Shown: positions 13,913-26,432, counted from the stretch's first letter. The stretch is DNA of 64,000 nt from Octopus sinensis (GCF_006345805.1 NC_043023.1:8742001-8806000), one strand, 5' to 3'. The notes: generated by a model not told the origin, from the sequence alone. Program-made: numbers and translations.

Positions 13913-14445
13913 ATGGGGCCTATGGATAACTTCCAGAAATCCCTGGCTTGGCAGTGCTATCGAGACCCACTACCTGTTCGAGAGAAGAGCTACAGACACG
14001 GTTCGAAAACCATCACCGGACCGACCTGCCCGAGATGCGGTCAGAGCGACGAAACCGTTCTGCACGCACTCGTGCAGTGTCCAGATATTTCAGAGCTGTG
14101 GACCTTCGTCGAAGAGCTGTTGTCACGTGTAGGTCGGGCCCGCCTATCGGCCGAGTCTATCGTGAGTGTTGTTCCACCACCTTCCTTTAACGGGAAGGGA
14201 AAACGGTTTTCGTTACGCTGATGGCTATGGCGAAAGAATGTGTGTGGTGGACGCGTTTGAAAGGAGTGCAAACAAACACCTTCCTCTCTGGTCAGTCTCT
14301 CGTCAACTTTTTCAAGTACCACTTGAAAAGTAGGATGAGAATAGAGAGGAAGGCTTTGTCGAACGAATGTTTTAATAAAAAGTGGGTAAAAGTGGCAAAA
14401 ATGGTCAGTATGAAAGACGACACTATTTTAAGCATAAATCTGTAA
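13913..14445 (+). pseudogene. Mini-ORF2: ATG joined to the ORF2 C-terminal zinc-binding domain, one frameshift near 14205
   Basis: MGPMDNFQKSLAWQCYR..CPRCGQSDETVLHALVQC..AKECVWWTRLKG aligns with copy 3 ORF 38263-39015. Confidence 0.8.
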
Positions 14446-14561
14446 CCAAAAGAGACAACGACAAGTAAGGCGACTTACTCATGTGTTCATTTTCGAACTG
14501 TCTGAGGTTACTTTGGTCTTTTTTGTAGGTTTTTCTTTCCAAGGCTACACCTAAACTGTGA

Positions 14562-14616
<55 letters not shown>

Positions 14617-14743
14617 TTTTTTATACACCAATCAAGCGTTTTTTTTTTGTATGCCCCACCCATCCCACCTCGAAAAAAAAATTCTACATTTTATTTCGTC
14701 CATTTTTATTCTGTGTTTAGCCCTGTGTGGCTACAATAAAAAG

Positions 14744-14744
<1 letters not shown>

Positions 14745-14832
<88 letters not shown>

Positions 14833-14934
14833 CATCTATCTATCTGTCTATCTATCTATCTATCTATCCATCTATATTTCTATGTACGTATGAATGTATG
14901 TATCTGTCTGTCTATCTATCTATCTATCTATCCG

Positions 14935-14978
<44 letters not shown>

Positions 14979-15018
14979 CCCATCCATCTTTCTATGTACG
15001 TATGAATGTATGTATCTG

Positions 15019-15097
<79 letters not shown>

Positions 15098-15188
15098 CTA
15101 TGCTTACATACTATGTATGTATGTATGTATGTATGTATGTATGTATCTATCTATCTATCTTTCTGTCTGTCTTTCTGTCTATCTATCT
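14745..15188 (+). repeat. (TCTA)n compound microsatellite, 3' flank of Tx1 copy 2
   Basis: Direct reading; includes an internal ~120 bp duplication. Confidence 0.95.
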
Positions 15189-15431
15189 TCTAAGTATTTA
15201 TATATCTGTCTCTTTCGTTCTCTGAATCCCTGTCCCACCTCGTCTCTCTCTCTCTCTCTTTCTTTGTTTACCTATCTAATTATCTAACAATTTATCTGCC
15301 CCTCACTTTCTGTGTCTCTGCCTACTTCTTGCCTGCTTGTCGGTCTTTCTGTCTATACATGGCTCTTTACGTCTTGAGCGCGGCTCTAAGCAAAGCAGTG
15401 TGTCTTAATAAGTACTCAGTTTTTCCTCTTC

Positions 15432-15780
15432 AGCGTCTCTCAATCTCGCTCACAACATCATAAGCGGAAAGTGTAACCTCTCGAAAGAGCTGTTCCTCAC
15501 TCCTGCTCCAGAGCGTCGGCTGCGGGGTCACTCCGAAAAGCTCTATCTGCGACGATTTCATCTCAATCGAAGGAGAGGGGCTTTCTTCGTCCGGGTTGCG
15601 GATCGGTGGAATAAGCTGCCGGGCGAGATAGTGAAGATGCCAACGACCGCTCGGTTCAAAGTCTCTCTTGACCAGAAATGGCCTGAACTCTTTGCATGAA
15701 CACTCTCCCTGTACATAACTCCATGTCTCCCTACATGGCCTTGCTTTTTGCTTTTTGAGCCAAAAAATTAACTTAACTCT
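15432..15780 (+). mobile_element. CR1-like LINE 3' fragment, same family as 7324-7770
   Basis: Matches 7484-7770 including the TTAAC tail. Confidence 0.85.
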
Positions 15781-16150
15781 CATGCCTCGTCCTTCTTATG
15801 TTTGATGACAACTGCGGCTAGTATAGGTAGGGGACGCCGCCAGCGGCAGGGTTGCGCCAGGCCTGCGCCAGTCGCCCAGAGCTCCGCCGCGCTACCGTGC
15901 CCGATCTTGTAAGAACGAATCGAAGCTCGCGGTATCGCCCACGTACACGTGGACGTAGCCGCGACCGATCCCGTCAGTCGCCGGGAGTCTGTGGCGATAT
16001 GCACCGGGTAAATACAACGACGTGGTCCGACCCGTAAGTTAACGGAACAGACCCGGAAACGGAAACAGCTGCAAAATCTGAAATCAAGTAAGGTGATGCA
16101 GGGCTGATGTGTGTTGTCTTTCTTTCCGTTTTGTTTTTTATTTCTTTAGA

Positions 16151-16568
16151 AGGCGGCGAGCTGGCAGAAACGTTAGCACGCCGGGCGAAATGCGTAGCCG
16201 TATTTCGTCTGTCGTTACGTTCTGAGTTCAAATTCCGCCGAGGTCGTCTTTACCTTTCATCATTTCGGGGTCGATAAATTTAGTACCAGTTACGCACTGG
16301 GATCGATGTAATCGACTTAATACCTATGCCTGTCCTTGTTTGTCCTCTCTGTGTTTATCCCCTTGTGGGTAGTAAAGAAACAGGTATTTCGTCTGCCGTT
16401 ACGTTCTGAGTTCAAATTCCGCTGAGGTCAACATTGCCTTTCATCCTTTCGGGGTCGATAAATTAAGTACCAGTTACGCACTGGGATCGATGTAATCGAC
16501 TTAATACCTATGCCTGTCCTTGTTTGTCCCTTCTATGTTTAGCCCCTTGTGGGTAATAAAGAAATAAG
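16151..16568 (+). mobile_element. SINE family C, one full copy plus a tandem 5'-truncated copy
   Basis: AGGCGGCGAGCTGGCAGAA head, TTTCATCCTTTCGGGGTCGATAAA central domain, GCCCCTTGTGGG-AATAAAGAAA tail; repeated at 16384. Confidence 0.9.
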
Positions 16569-16589
16569 TATTTTATTTCTTTCTCGAGC

Positions 16590-16980
16590 TGTTGGACTCT
16601 TTTATCCACTGAGGTTTTCCTTGCTGTTCTGTCTTTGTCTCGATGTCGAACGTGTTCAGGCTGCTCTTACTTATGTCCTTCAATCTCAGCTTCAGTCGAC
16701 CTCTGAATCTCCTCCTGTGAGCCAGCTTATAAAACAACTGATTAAGATGTTTTTCTCATCCATGTACGTCACGCCATATCATTCTCCTTTTGTACAGAAT
16801 TATTGTCATACTCGGAATTGTTGCTTATCTCAAAACTTTTGTATTGGTTACATTTTCTTGCCAGGTGATACCATGAATCTTGTGCAAGCACCTCGGGTGG
16901 ATGACCTCGAACTTCTATGTGGCTTGCGTATGTCCCCCGATCAGACTTTCACAATCAGTGTTGGTATATTCACGACCCCG
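16590..16980 (-). mobile_element. Degraded RTE-like LINE 3' fragment
   Basis: Minus strand reads HPRCLHKIHGITWQENVTNTKVL and RGRLKLRLKD. Confidence 0.65.
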
Positions 16981-17165
16981 CAAATTAGATAGAATAAGTA
17001 CCAGACTAATTTTTTTCTGCCGTCGATTCGTTTGACGAAATTCCCTCTATGCATGCTCCAACATGTCAATAGTCGCGATAAAATATAATGAGAACAATGT
17101 ACGAAATATCTTGGCTTTTCCAAAGACATAAGTATTTTAAGACTGATTTTTATTATATCTGATTT

Positions 17166-17173
17166 TATTATCA

Positions 17174-17238
<65 letters not shown>
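17166..17238. repeat. (TAA)n microsatellite
   Basis: Direct reading. Confidence 0.95.
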
Positions 17239-18116
17239 TTTTTTCCCGTTTCAAATTTGCTTCCATTTCCTGCCGAGTGTCTTCCCGACTCCTAGGGCAA
17301 AGAAACTCATAGTATACATTGGTAGGCCATTAAACTAAACTCAATAGTTCGTTCATTTTTTTTTTAAAGTTAAATTAAAATACATGGGTAGTAATAATTC
17401 TCACATCGACAATGCTCTTCTCAATACGTGTGATGTACCATTTAAGACAATCTTTTGCACTTCTTGATCATTCCTAGTGCTCCTACGATCACTGGTATTG
17501 TAACCGCTTTGAGATGCCACATTTTCTCAATTTCAATGAGTAGGTTTTTATATTTTCTGAGCTTGTCAAACTCTTTCGCTGAGATATTATGATCACAGGG
17601 GATGCTCATGTCGATCAATAAGCAAACTTTATTGTTTTGGTCTTTCATAACAATATCTGGTTTATTGGCCTTGATGGTTCGGTCTGTATGTACTGGAAAG
17701 TCCCACAGAATGGTTACATTTTCTCCTTCAGTTACAGCCTCAGGGTGGTGATTATACCACTTGTCGGCAGTTTTGATATTGTAATGCCGACTTATTAACC
17801 AGTGTAGATATTGGCCAACTCTGTCATGTCTTAATTTATACTCCACTGGTGCTAAGACTTTACATCCAGAGATTAGGTGGTCCACTGTTTTAATCATGTC
17901 GTTGCAGAATCTTTCTGTCTATCTATCTTCTAAGTATTTTGGGTCTGCTCCATTTTTCATCACATTGGCCTGGTAGTTCCGGGTTAATAGGCTTTGATCT
18001 TGAGCAGCCAGGATGAAACCTTCGCTCTCTGCTTTTAGCCCTGAGCTCCGTAGCCACTGATGGGTTTGCTTCTGGTCAACATCAGCTTGTTTGCTGCGGG
18101 CCACATATTTGCCACA

Positions 18117-18118
<2 letters not shown>
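17239..18118 (-). mobile_element. R4/Dong-like LINE, 5'-truncated, copy A
   Basis: LKAESEGFILAAQDQ, DHLISGC, restriction-like endonuclease KPDIV..LIDMSIP..KEFDKLRKY; (TAA)n on both sides. Confidence 0.9.

Positions 18119-18195
<77 letters not shown>
18119..18195. repeat. (TAA)n microsatellite
   Basis: Direct reading. Confidence 0.95.
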
Positions 18196-18198
<3 letters not shown>

Positions 18199-18899
18199 TA
18201 GTATATTTTTTATAGCGTGCTTTCACTTCACTACGGAGCGCAGCTCTGTGTGCCTTGGGTATGTGCTGTGATTTGTTGTGATGCTCTGATGGTTACTGTA
18301 TGGAAAGTGTTCTGCGTAGGATATGTGCAGTGCCTAGCAGTGCAATTTTCTGTATGTTATATGTGTTTGTAAGTCCTGGTGTTTTTGTTATGTATTTGTC
18401 TGAATATTTTTTTATCATGCCTAATGCACCTACCATGATAGGAAGTGTTTCTGTTTTTACATTCCACATTCTGGTTACCTCTATTTCCAGGTCTTTGTAT
18501 TTTGAAAGTTTCTCCATTTCTTTTAGAGACACGTTGTCATCTGCTGGTATTGATACATCAATTAGAAAGCATTTTTTTCTTCATGATCTCTGACAACTAT
18601 ATCTGGTCTGTTGGCCTTAATTTCTCTATCTGTGTGTATCGGCATATCCCAGAGTATGGTTGCTTTCTCGTTTTCTGTGACCTTTTCTGGTGTGTGCCTA
18701 TACCATCTTTTTTCTGTTGTTATTCCATAATGTTGGCATAGCTTCCAGTGTATGTAGGTCCCAACTCTGTCGTGTCTGTGAATATATTCCTTCTTAGCCA
18801 GGACTGGGCAGCCAGAGATAATATGATTTATTGTCTCTTGTCCATCTCCACATATTCTGCAGTTACTTGTTATATTTCTTTTCATTACACGTTTTTGGT
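18196..18899 (-). mobile_element. R4/Dong-like LINE, 5'-truncated, copy B (different subfamily)
   Basis: CRICGDGQETINHIISGC zinc motif, RPDIV..KEMEKLSKY endonuclease, distinct 3' UTR. Confidence 0.9.
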
Positions 18900-18900
18900 A

Positions 18901-18958
<58 letters not shown>

Positions 18959-18971
18959 GTTATTATTAATA

Positions 18972-19035
<64 letters not shown>
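18900..19035. repeat. (TAA)n microsatellite
   Basis: Direct reading. Confidence 0.95.
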
Positions 19036-19036
<1 letters not shown>

Positions 19037-19396
19037 GATTAAGCTGAATTTCCATAAAGTATAAGTAACATACGACTTTATTCAGAAGAATTTAAATATT
19101 ACATTGAAAAAGAAGTCAATAGTGAAATTTACAATTAGAAAATATGGAAAGATTTTAAATTGCGGGAAGATTTTCAGATCTTTGCCTTTCGGCCACTCGT
19201 CAGGTATGTAGCCTGGTTTAAAATTACATTATAGAGTCTCTTAGTTGCGCAGCGTTTTATCAATAGACAAAAATAAAGCTACGTTATGTAAATGTATGTT
19301 TGATGCAATATAAGAAGAAAATAGAAGGTGACTCTTGAATATACACGCACACACAAATATACACATGCACACATACACGAGCATATATATACACGA

Positions 19397-19524
<128 letters not shown>

Positions 19525-20739
19525 ACGGCACTTTCTGTTGCTTCTTGCCGTTCTCAAAAAATAGCGTTCGTAAAAAATTTATCTCGTTCGGCTTAACAGC
19601 CCTTCTTGTTTGTGTTACTGTTATTCTCCTTGTCCTGTCTTTTACTGTTTATATTTTGTACTGTCGTTACTCTCCTGTTTTTGTTACCATTTTTACCCCT
19701 CCACAAAAAAAATTTCAAATTTTATTTAATTTGATTTTCACGGGAAGGATTGTTTCATTAAAGTCATGTACCACCTTGACCTTCGAAACGTGGAGTAGAT
19801 GAAACAAAGGCGACTGAAGAAGGGGAATTTTCCTTGTCTTGTATGTCCTGTACTTTTTTTTCGTTGTTTAAGAAAAATGTCCATTTCCTTGGTTTTGTGT
19901 TTATGTTTTCGTTTCTCATTGTGTTCAACGTTTTTTGGTGCCCTGTACCCATATATACATGTATATATACATGTAGAGGTAGGTACGTACATATATGTTT
20001 GTATATATGCATATGTTTGATTTATTTAATAATTTATTATATATATAAAGCAAAAAATAGTAAATATGAAATTTGCCGCTAGAATATATTTACGGAGTTT
20101 AATTGTAATATAAGAACATTTAGTTTTTTGACGTAAAATATAATCAGAGAATACTCTTGGACACATTTTCTTGATTTTCCTTCATAAGTTCGTTTCTGCT
20201 ACTGTACGTCTTATTTCGTGCTCGGAATTTGAACCTGGAAACATAATGAGAAAACTATATCAAATATTAAGTTTTAAACTCAATAATTCCTGACACAATG
20301 TCTTCATACATTCTAATGAAAATGTGATACAAAGTGAAAATGTCAATCTTTTTAGAAGAGTAATTATTTTTTGTGGTGGTGAGGAGTTGTTGAAATCATT
20401 TGTTTATCATCACAATTTCCAAAGTTTCCGTTGGTAATCAACTGTTTTGTCACTTAGGACTGTTTTACCAATGCTGTCACATAACTGTTAAATCTTTACT
20501 AACTTGATCGATCTGTGTCTAAACACTAAACCTGGATTTAATTTCATTTTACACAAACTTTTCTATCAATCATATAGATAGTCGCAAACATAACTTATTT
20601 ATGTGTACATTTTCATAAATGTTTTACTTGCGTGTTCAACGCAAAAGATACGCGTGCAGAGTTGTTTGCTGCTTCGCAGTCATGGCTGGAGTCCGTGAGT
20701 TTTTCTTCTTTTGAAATTCAGAAAGATATTCTTTTCTTT

Positions 20740-20959
20740 TATTCTTTTCTTTTACTTGTTTCAGTCATTTGACTGCGGCCATGCTGGAGCACCGCCTTTG
20801 ATCGAGCAACTCGACCCCGGGACTTATTCTTTTTGTAAGCCCAGTACTTATTCTATCGGTCTCTTTTTGCCGAACCGCTAAGTAACGGGGACATAAACAC
20901 GCCAGCATCGGTTGTCAAACAATGCTAGGGGGACAAACACAGACACACAAACACACACA

Positions 20960-21001
<42 letters not shown>

Positions 21002-21166
21002 TACGACGGGCTTCTTTCAGTTTCCATCTACCAAATCCACTCACAAGGCTTTGGTCGGCCCGAGGCTATAACAGAAGACACTTGCCCAGGTGCCACGCAG
21101 TGGGACTGAACCCAGAACCATGTGGTTGGTAAACAAGCTACTTACCACACAGCCACTCCTGCGCCT
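20740..21166 (-). mobile_element. SINE family A
   Basis: Reverse complement of 24226-24631. Confidence 0.9.
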
Positions 21167-21195
21167 ATGTACAAAAAAATTATTTAGCGCGCTCA

Positions 21196-21254
<59 letters not shown>

Positions 21255-21793
21255 TAAAATTCAGAATGAATTATAAAATTACAGCTCAACTTCGATTTAA
21301 ATGATATTTTATAACTTTGCAATTCATATTTGTGATGAGTGTATTTAGAAATTTTACTTCTTCCCACCCCTCATATTTTTCCCGCTTTTGATATAGGAGA
21401 TTAAGATTTTGCCCCCAAAACACGTTTTCAAAATGTTAATAACCATAAACCTCCCCACCAATAAATTTTTAATTTTTAACTTTTTTGGAACATTTTACTT
21501 TTAGCTCTTTTGAAAGCGGGGATGTTTTTTCCAGAAATAATGTCGTTTAGCTGTTGTTTCTAGCATGTCGGGATTTCTGGTGGTGGTCTGATATTTTTGA
21601 CATGCGTTGTTTCAGTAGAATTCTACGCATGCGTGAAACATTAATCGAAAGTGAAGCGTTCTGAGTTATTCTTTTGAGCGGGGACGTGATGGGTAGGTGA
21701 TATATATATATATATAATTATTATTTGAGGGAATAAAATCCAAACTTACAAGGAAAAAGAATTCAATTTAGAAATACTAAATCAAATTCCATA

Positions 21794-21928
<135 letters not shown>

Positions 21929-22178
21929 CACGCGCGCACACACACACACGGAATACATACTTGCGATGATGATGATGATGACAGTGGAGTTGATATGTAA
22001 GATGATGTCTATCCTAAGAGTGGCGATGTACATAGCGATGATGTTGGTGTAAGTGTTGTTAGTGACTATCCCCATTATGACAATATCGTTTTTGTTGGTG
22101 GCAAGAATAAGAGAGACCAAATTATACTTACTTTTCATATTCTTCGGAACTTCCCTCGGCGCCCGTGGTTAGGCTTTA

Positions 22179-22477
22179 GTGGAGGTACATGGCCTAATGT
22201 TTAGAGCAGCGGACTCGTAGTCGAGGGATCGCGGGTTCGAATCTCAGACCGGGCGATGTGTGTGTCTATGAGCGAACCACCTAACCTCCACGCGGTTCCG
22301 GCAGAAGGTAATGGCGAACTTCTGCTGACTCTTTCGCCACAACTTTTTCTCACTCTTTCCTCCTGCATCTTGCAGCTCACCTGCGACGGACTGGCGTCCT
22401 GTCCAGGTGGGGAATCTATACGCCAAGGAATCCGGGAAACCGGCGATTATGTGTCAGCCATGGCTCGAGAAGGAACA
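22179..22477 (+). mobile_element. SINE family B2 (family B head, different 3' half)
   Basis: Matches 25258-25560. Confidence 0.85.
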
Positions 22478-23182
22478 AAAAACTTAATTGACCACGAAAG
22501 TATTAAAGGCAAAATCGACCTCTGTGGAATATGAATTCATAATGAAAAGACGGACGAAATGTTGCAAAGAATTTTATCCGCCTCGTTAACTTTTCTGCTA
22601 GATCGCCGCCTTCATCATTACATCGTGATAATATCAATAATAATTATTTCTTCTACAGACACGAGGCCTGAAATTTTGGTGGAATGTCTTAGTCGAATAC
22701 TTTGACCAAAGTGCTCAGCTGGTACTTATTTTATCGATCTCGAAATGTGAAAGGTAGAATTCGATCTCAGAAAGTAAAGACGGACGAAATGCCGCCAAGC
22801 ATTTTGTCCGGCGTGCTAACGATTCTGTGACGAGTTGAGCAAGTATTAGAGAGAGCGAGGTTAATCGATACTATCGATCTCAATACTCGGTTGTTACTTT
22901 AATTCATCGACTCCTGAGTGGATGACAAGGTTCAACCTTTACTTTCATCCCTCTTGGGGTCGATAAACGAAAGGAACAGTCAAGTATAAAGATCGATGAT
23001 ATCGACTGAATCCCCTCTTCCTAAAAATTGCCTGATTAGATAGAAAGGCTCGAAGGGATAAAAAAAATTCGAAGAATGTTGAACAGGAATCTAGCATAGA
23101 CATATGGGGTGCGCTAACACTTTATATAAAGGCGAGCGGATGGGTGGAAGATGTCTTACAAAATTACAGTTTGACGAAATAA

Positions 23183-23354
23183 AAGTTATTTACATTATTT
23201 ACATTTGAAGGATATTTCTCCTCATCTTGTTTGTTATTAATACAAAGTTTCGGCTGATATACCCTCCAGCCTTCATCAGGTGTCTTGGGGAAATCTCGAA
23301 CCTGGGTTCTCATTCTTAAGGTATTTTTCGATAGCGTTGTTGTTGTTGTTGTTG

Positions 23355-23401
<47 letters not shown>

Positions 23402-23473
23402 ATCACTGCCTGGAATCGAATTCGGAATCTTGGTGTTAGTAGCCCGTGCTCTTAACCACTACGCCATATGCCC
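23183..23473 (-). mobile_element. tRNA-headed SINE-like element carrying a hammerhead motif (family E)
   Basis: GGGCATATGGCGTAGTGGTTAAG A-box, TTCGATTCC B-box, (AAT)n(AAC)n spacer, then a hammerhead core. Confidence 0.7.
23239..23284 (-). ncRNA. Minimal type I hammerhead ribozyme motif, decayed
   Basis: GACAC CUGAUGA A GGCUG-loop-CAGCC GAAAC UUU GUAUU; stem II perfect, stems I and III imperfect. Confidence 0.65.
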
Positions 23474-24225
23474 GTCATATTATTATCACTCATTTCTTGG
23501 TATTTCTGAGACAGTTAATCATTGTCAAATGAAAACTGGTTCACCTTCTAGCTGATTCGGTGAACGGAACATCCTGATCGTGAAATTAAGATGCAAGTGG
23601 ATGAGGACTCCAGAGACACAGGTACCCTTAACGTGAACAGAATGTGGCAAAGCTGGCCCTTCTAAAGTAAAAGTAGCATTCGGTTTTGCCAGCTGAGCGG
23701 AAGGGGACAATATGGAATAAAGAGTCTTCCTGACGACGTCGACCTCACGAATTTAGAATCTGTTGTTGTTGTTGTTGTTGTTAAGCAACAAGACGGGTAA
23801 GGGTTATTAGGCGATGGTCTAGGGCTTAGGGGTGGGAGACCCCGGACTTAGGAAAAAAAACTTTGTTCGTCTTGTTGTAGTCGAGGGCTCTTCGTTGACG
23901 CCCGACACCACTGTGAGGTGGCCCTCGAAGTCGCTGGAAATGGAGATCTCCAGGTCCAAACTCTTGAATGGCCGAATTTAGAATCTTGAGCAAAGTGACC
24001 TAACCACTTAGCGACGCACCCTCACTGGTCAAATGAAAGAATGTAAGAACGAACAACGGAAAGATTAAATGTAATATCAATAGAAATGCTGGAAGAATTT
24101 GGAAAGAGCCACAACATGGGCTCTCTTACTAGATGAAATCTGTTTAGTAGACTTTCTTTCACAATGAGGGATTTGCACTTACATAGCATGGACTGATAAG
24201 CATATTTTTACGAAAATGAGACAAT

Positions 24226-24631
24226 AGGCGCAGGAGTGGCTGCGTGGTAAGTAGCTTGCCTACCAACCACATGGTTCCGGGTTCAGTCCCACTGCGTGGC
24301 ATCTTGGCCAAGTGTCTTCTACTATAGCCTCGGGCCGACCAAAGCCTTGTGAGTGGATTTGGTAGACGGAAACTGAAAGAAGCCTGTCGTATATATGTAT
24401 ATATATATATATGTATGTGTGTATATGTTTGTGTGTCTATGTTTGTCCCTCTAGCATTGCTTGACAACCGATGCTGGTGTGTTTACGTCGCCGTCACTTA
24501 GCAAAAAGAGACCGATAGAATAAGTACTGGGCTTACAATGAATAAGTCCCGGGGTCGATTTGCTCGACTAAAGGCGGTGCTCCAGCATGGCCGCAGTCAA
24601 ATGACTGAAACAAGTAAAAGAGTAAAAGAGT
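24226..24631 (+). mobile_element. SINE family A
   Basis: Full-length copy. Confidence 0.9.
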
Positions 24632-24894
24632 GCCATGCACACAAAAAAAAAATAGTTTAAATAACTTCTTAGTATATAATGGGGGCAAGTTTTACATCAT
24701 CTCAAAAGTCATTAGTTGAACTATTAGTCCTCTGGCATTCTGGGGGGTATCAGAGCGTTTGAGTGACATTAGACCCCAACAAACGCCCGTAAATTAAATG
24801 TATCTATCTGGGCCACGATTTTGGTCAGTAGTCCTGTGCCTTACGGCGACGATCGTGACCCATCGTGTTTTATGTTAAATATGTGTCCACTTAC

Positions 24895-25018
24895 CTTACA
24901 AACAGCTGTTATTTTTGTACTATATTCTTGGAACCCAACAAGAAAGATAAAATAAGTGGCAGCTAAAGAAATGCTCAAATTTACTAAATTCTTTGAAGAC
25001 GTTAATTTCCATAGATTT
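24895..25018 (-). CDS. Adhesion GPCR exon: ICL1, TM2, ECL1
   Basis: NLWKLTSSKNLVNLSISLAATYFIFLVGFQEYSTKITAVCK; TTATTTCAG acceptor, GTAAGT donor, 124 nt, phase matches the TM1 exon. Confidence 0.9.
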
Positions 25019-25257
25019 CTGAAATAACGAAAACAAGAAATAATACTGCATTAAATTAACACAAATATAAAATGCATTGTTCAAAGCACAAAATAGTATT
25101 ACAACTATGTTTATAGGTGATGGTTATTCGAAATATAAATGATATGTTGACTATGCATTTACAATATGTATTTAGACATGGTGTAGTGTAGCTGTGTGTA
25201 ATAGGCTGTATTAGATATAAAGCATTGTGTTTATTGTTGACTGTGTTCATTGGGTAG

Positions 25258-25560
25258 GTGGAGGTACGTGGCCTAGTGGTTAGAGCAGCGGACTCGCGGT
25301 CGAGGGAACGCGGGTTCGAATCTCAGACCAGACAATGTGTATGCTTATGAGCGAAACACGTAAGCTCCACGCGGTTCCGGCAGAAAAGAGTAGCGAAATT
25401 CTGCTGACTCTTTTGCCACATCTTTCTCTCAGTCTTTCCTCCAGCATCATGCAGCTCACCTACGACGGACCGGTGTCCCGTCCAGGTGGGGAACCTATAC
25501 GCCAAAGAAACCGGGAAACCGGCCCTTATAAACCAGGCATGGCTCGAGAAGGAACAAACA
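25258..25560 (+). mobile_element. SINE family B2
   Basis: Matches 22179-22477. Confidence 0.85.
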
Positions 25561-25640
25561 GGTTTGATTGTTGATAGTAGTTCTGTACATGACGCATTGA
25601 TAGTTGTTCATGATAGATGTCCGTACATGACGCATTGAAC

Positions 25641-26027
25641 GTGGAAGCAATCCGTCGGTTACGACGACGAGGGTTCCGATTGATCCGAATCAACGGAACA
25701 GCCTGCTCGTGAAATTAGCGTGTAAGTGGCTGAGCACTCCACAGACACGTGCACCCTTAACGTAGTTCTCGGAGATATTCAGTGTGACACAGAGAGTGAC
25801 TAGGCCGGCCCCTTGAAATACAGGTACAACAGAAACAGGAAGTAAGAGTGAGAGAAAGTTGTGGTGAAAGAGTACAGCAGGGATCACCACCATCCCCTGC
25901 CGGAGCCTCGTGGAGCTTTTAGGTGTTTTCGCTCAATAAACACTCACAACGCCCGGTCTGGGAATCGAAACCGCGATCCTATGACCGCGAGTCCGCTGCC
26001 CTAACCACTGGGCCATTGCGCCTCCAC
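25641..26027 (-). mobile_element. SINE family B, full length
   Basis: Flanking duplication CGCATTGAACGT at 25631 and 26027. Confidence 0.92.
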
Positions 26028-26432
26028 GCATTGAACGTAGAATACGCTGACGCACGCAAGCACACAACGTACACACATATATGTTGTTAATACATTAACA
26101 GCAATGCTACACTGTACAATAGACTACGACTGTAAGTTTTTGTCAACCCTGTATTCAACATGCAGTTGCAGGTATCATATTACACAGAGTGTCTCCTTGT
26201 CCATAAGAGTAAGAATCAGCCGGACTCGTTTAAATTCTGTGTTAGAGTACAACTCGCTAGGTCTCCACGGATACACAGTTTGTAAACTAGATTTCCTAAA
26301 ATGTATAAGGAAATCTGCTTAACGAATTTGCGTATAAAATGTTCAATTATTAATTATTTTGAGTATTATTATGTGCAGATTTGTATGTTTTATATATGTA
26401 TTCTTATCTAGATGTGCTCATATATATTTAAA

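Larger units (their letters stand above)
11794..14744 (+). mobile_element. Tx1 copy 2: internally deleted, non-autonomous (5' UTR, ORF1, mini-ORF2, 3' UTR)
   Basis: ORF1 homologous to copies 1 and 3; APE and RT absent; C-terminal zinc domain, 3' UTR and AATAAA kept; (TCTA)n on both sides. Confidence 0.9.
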
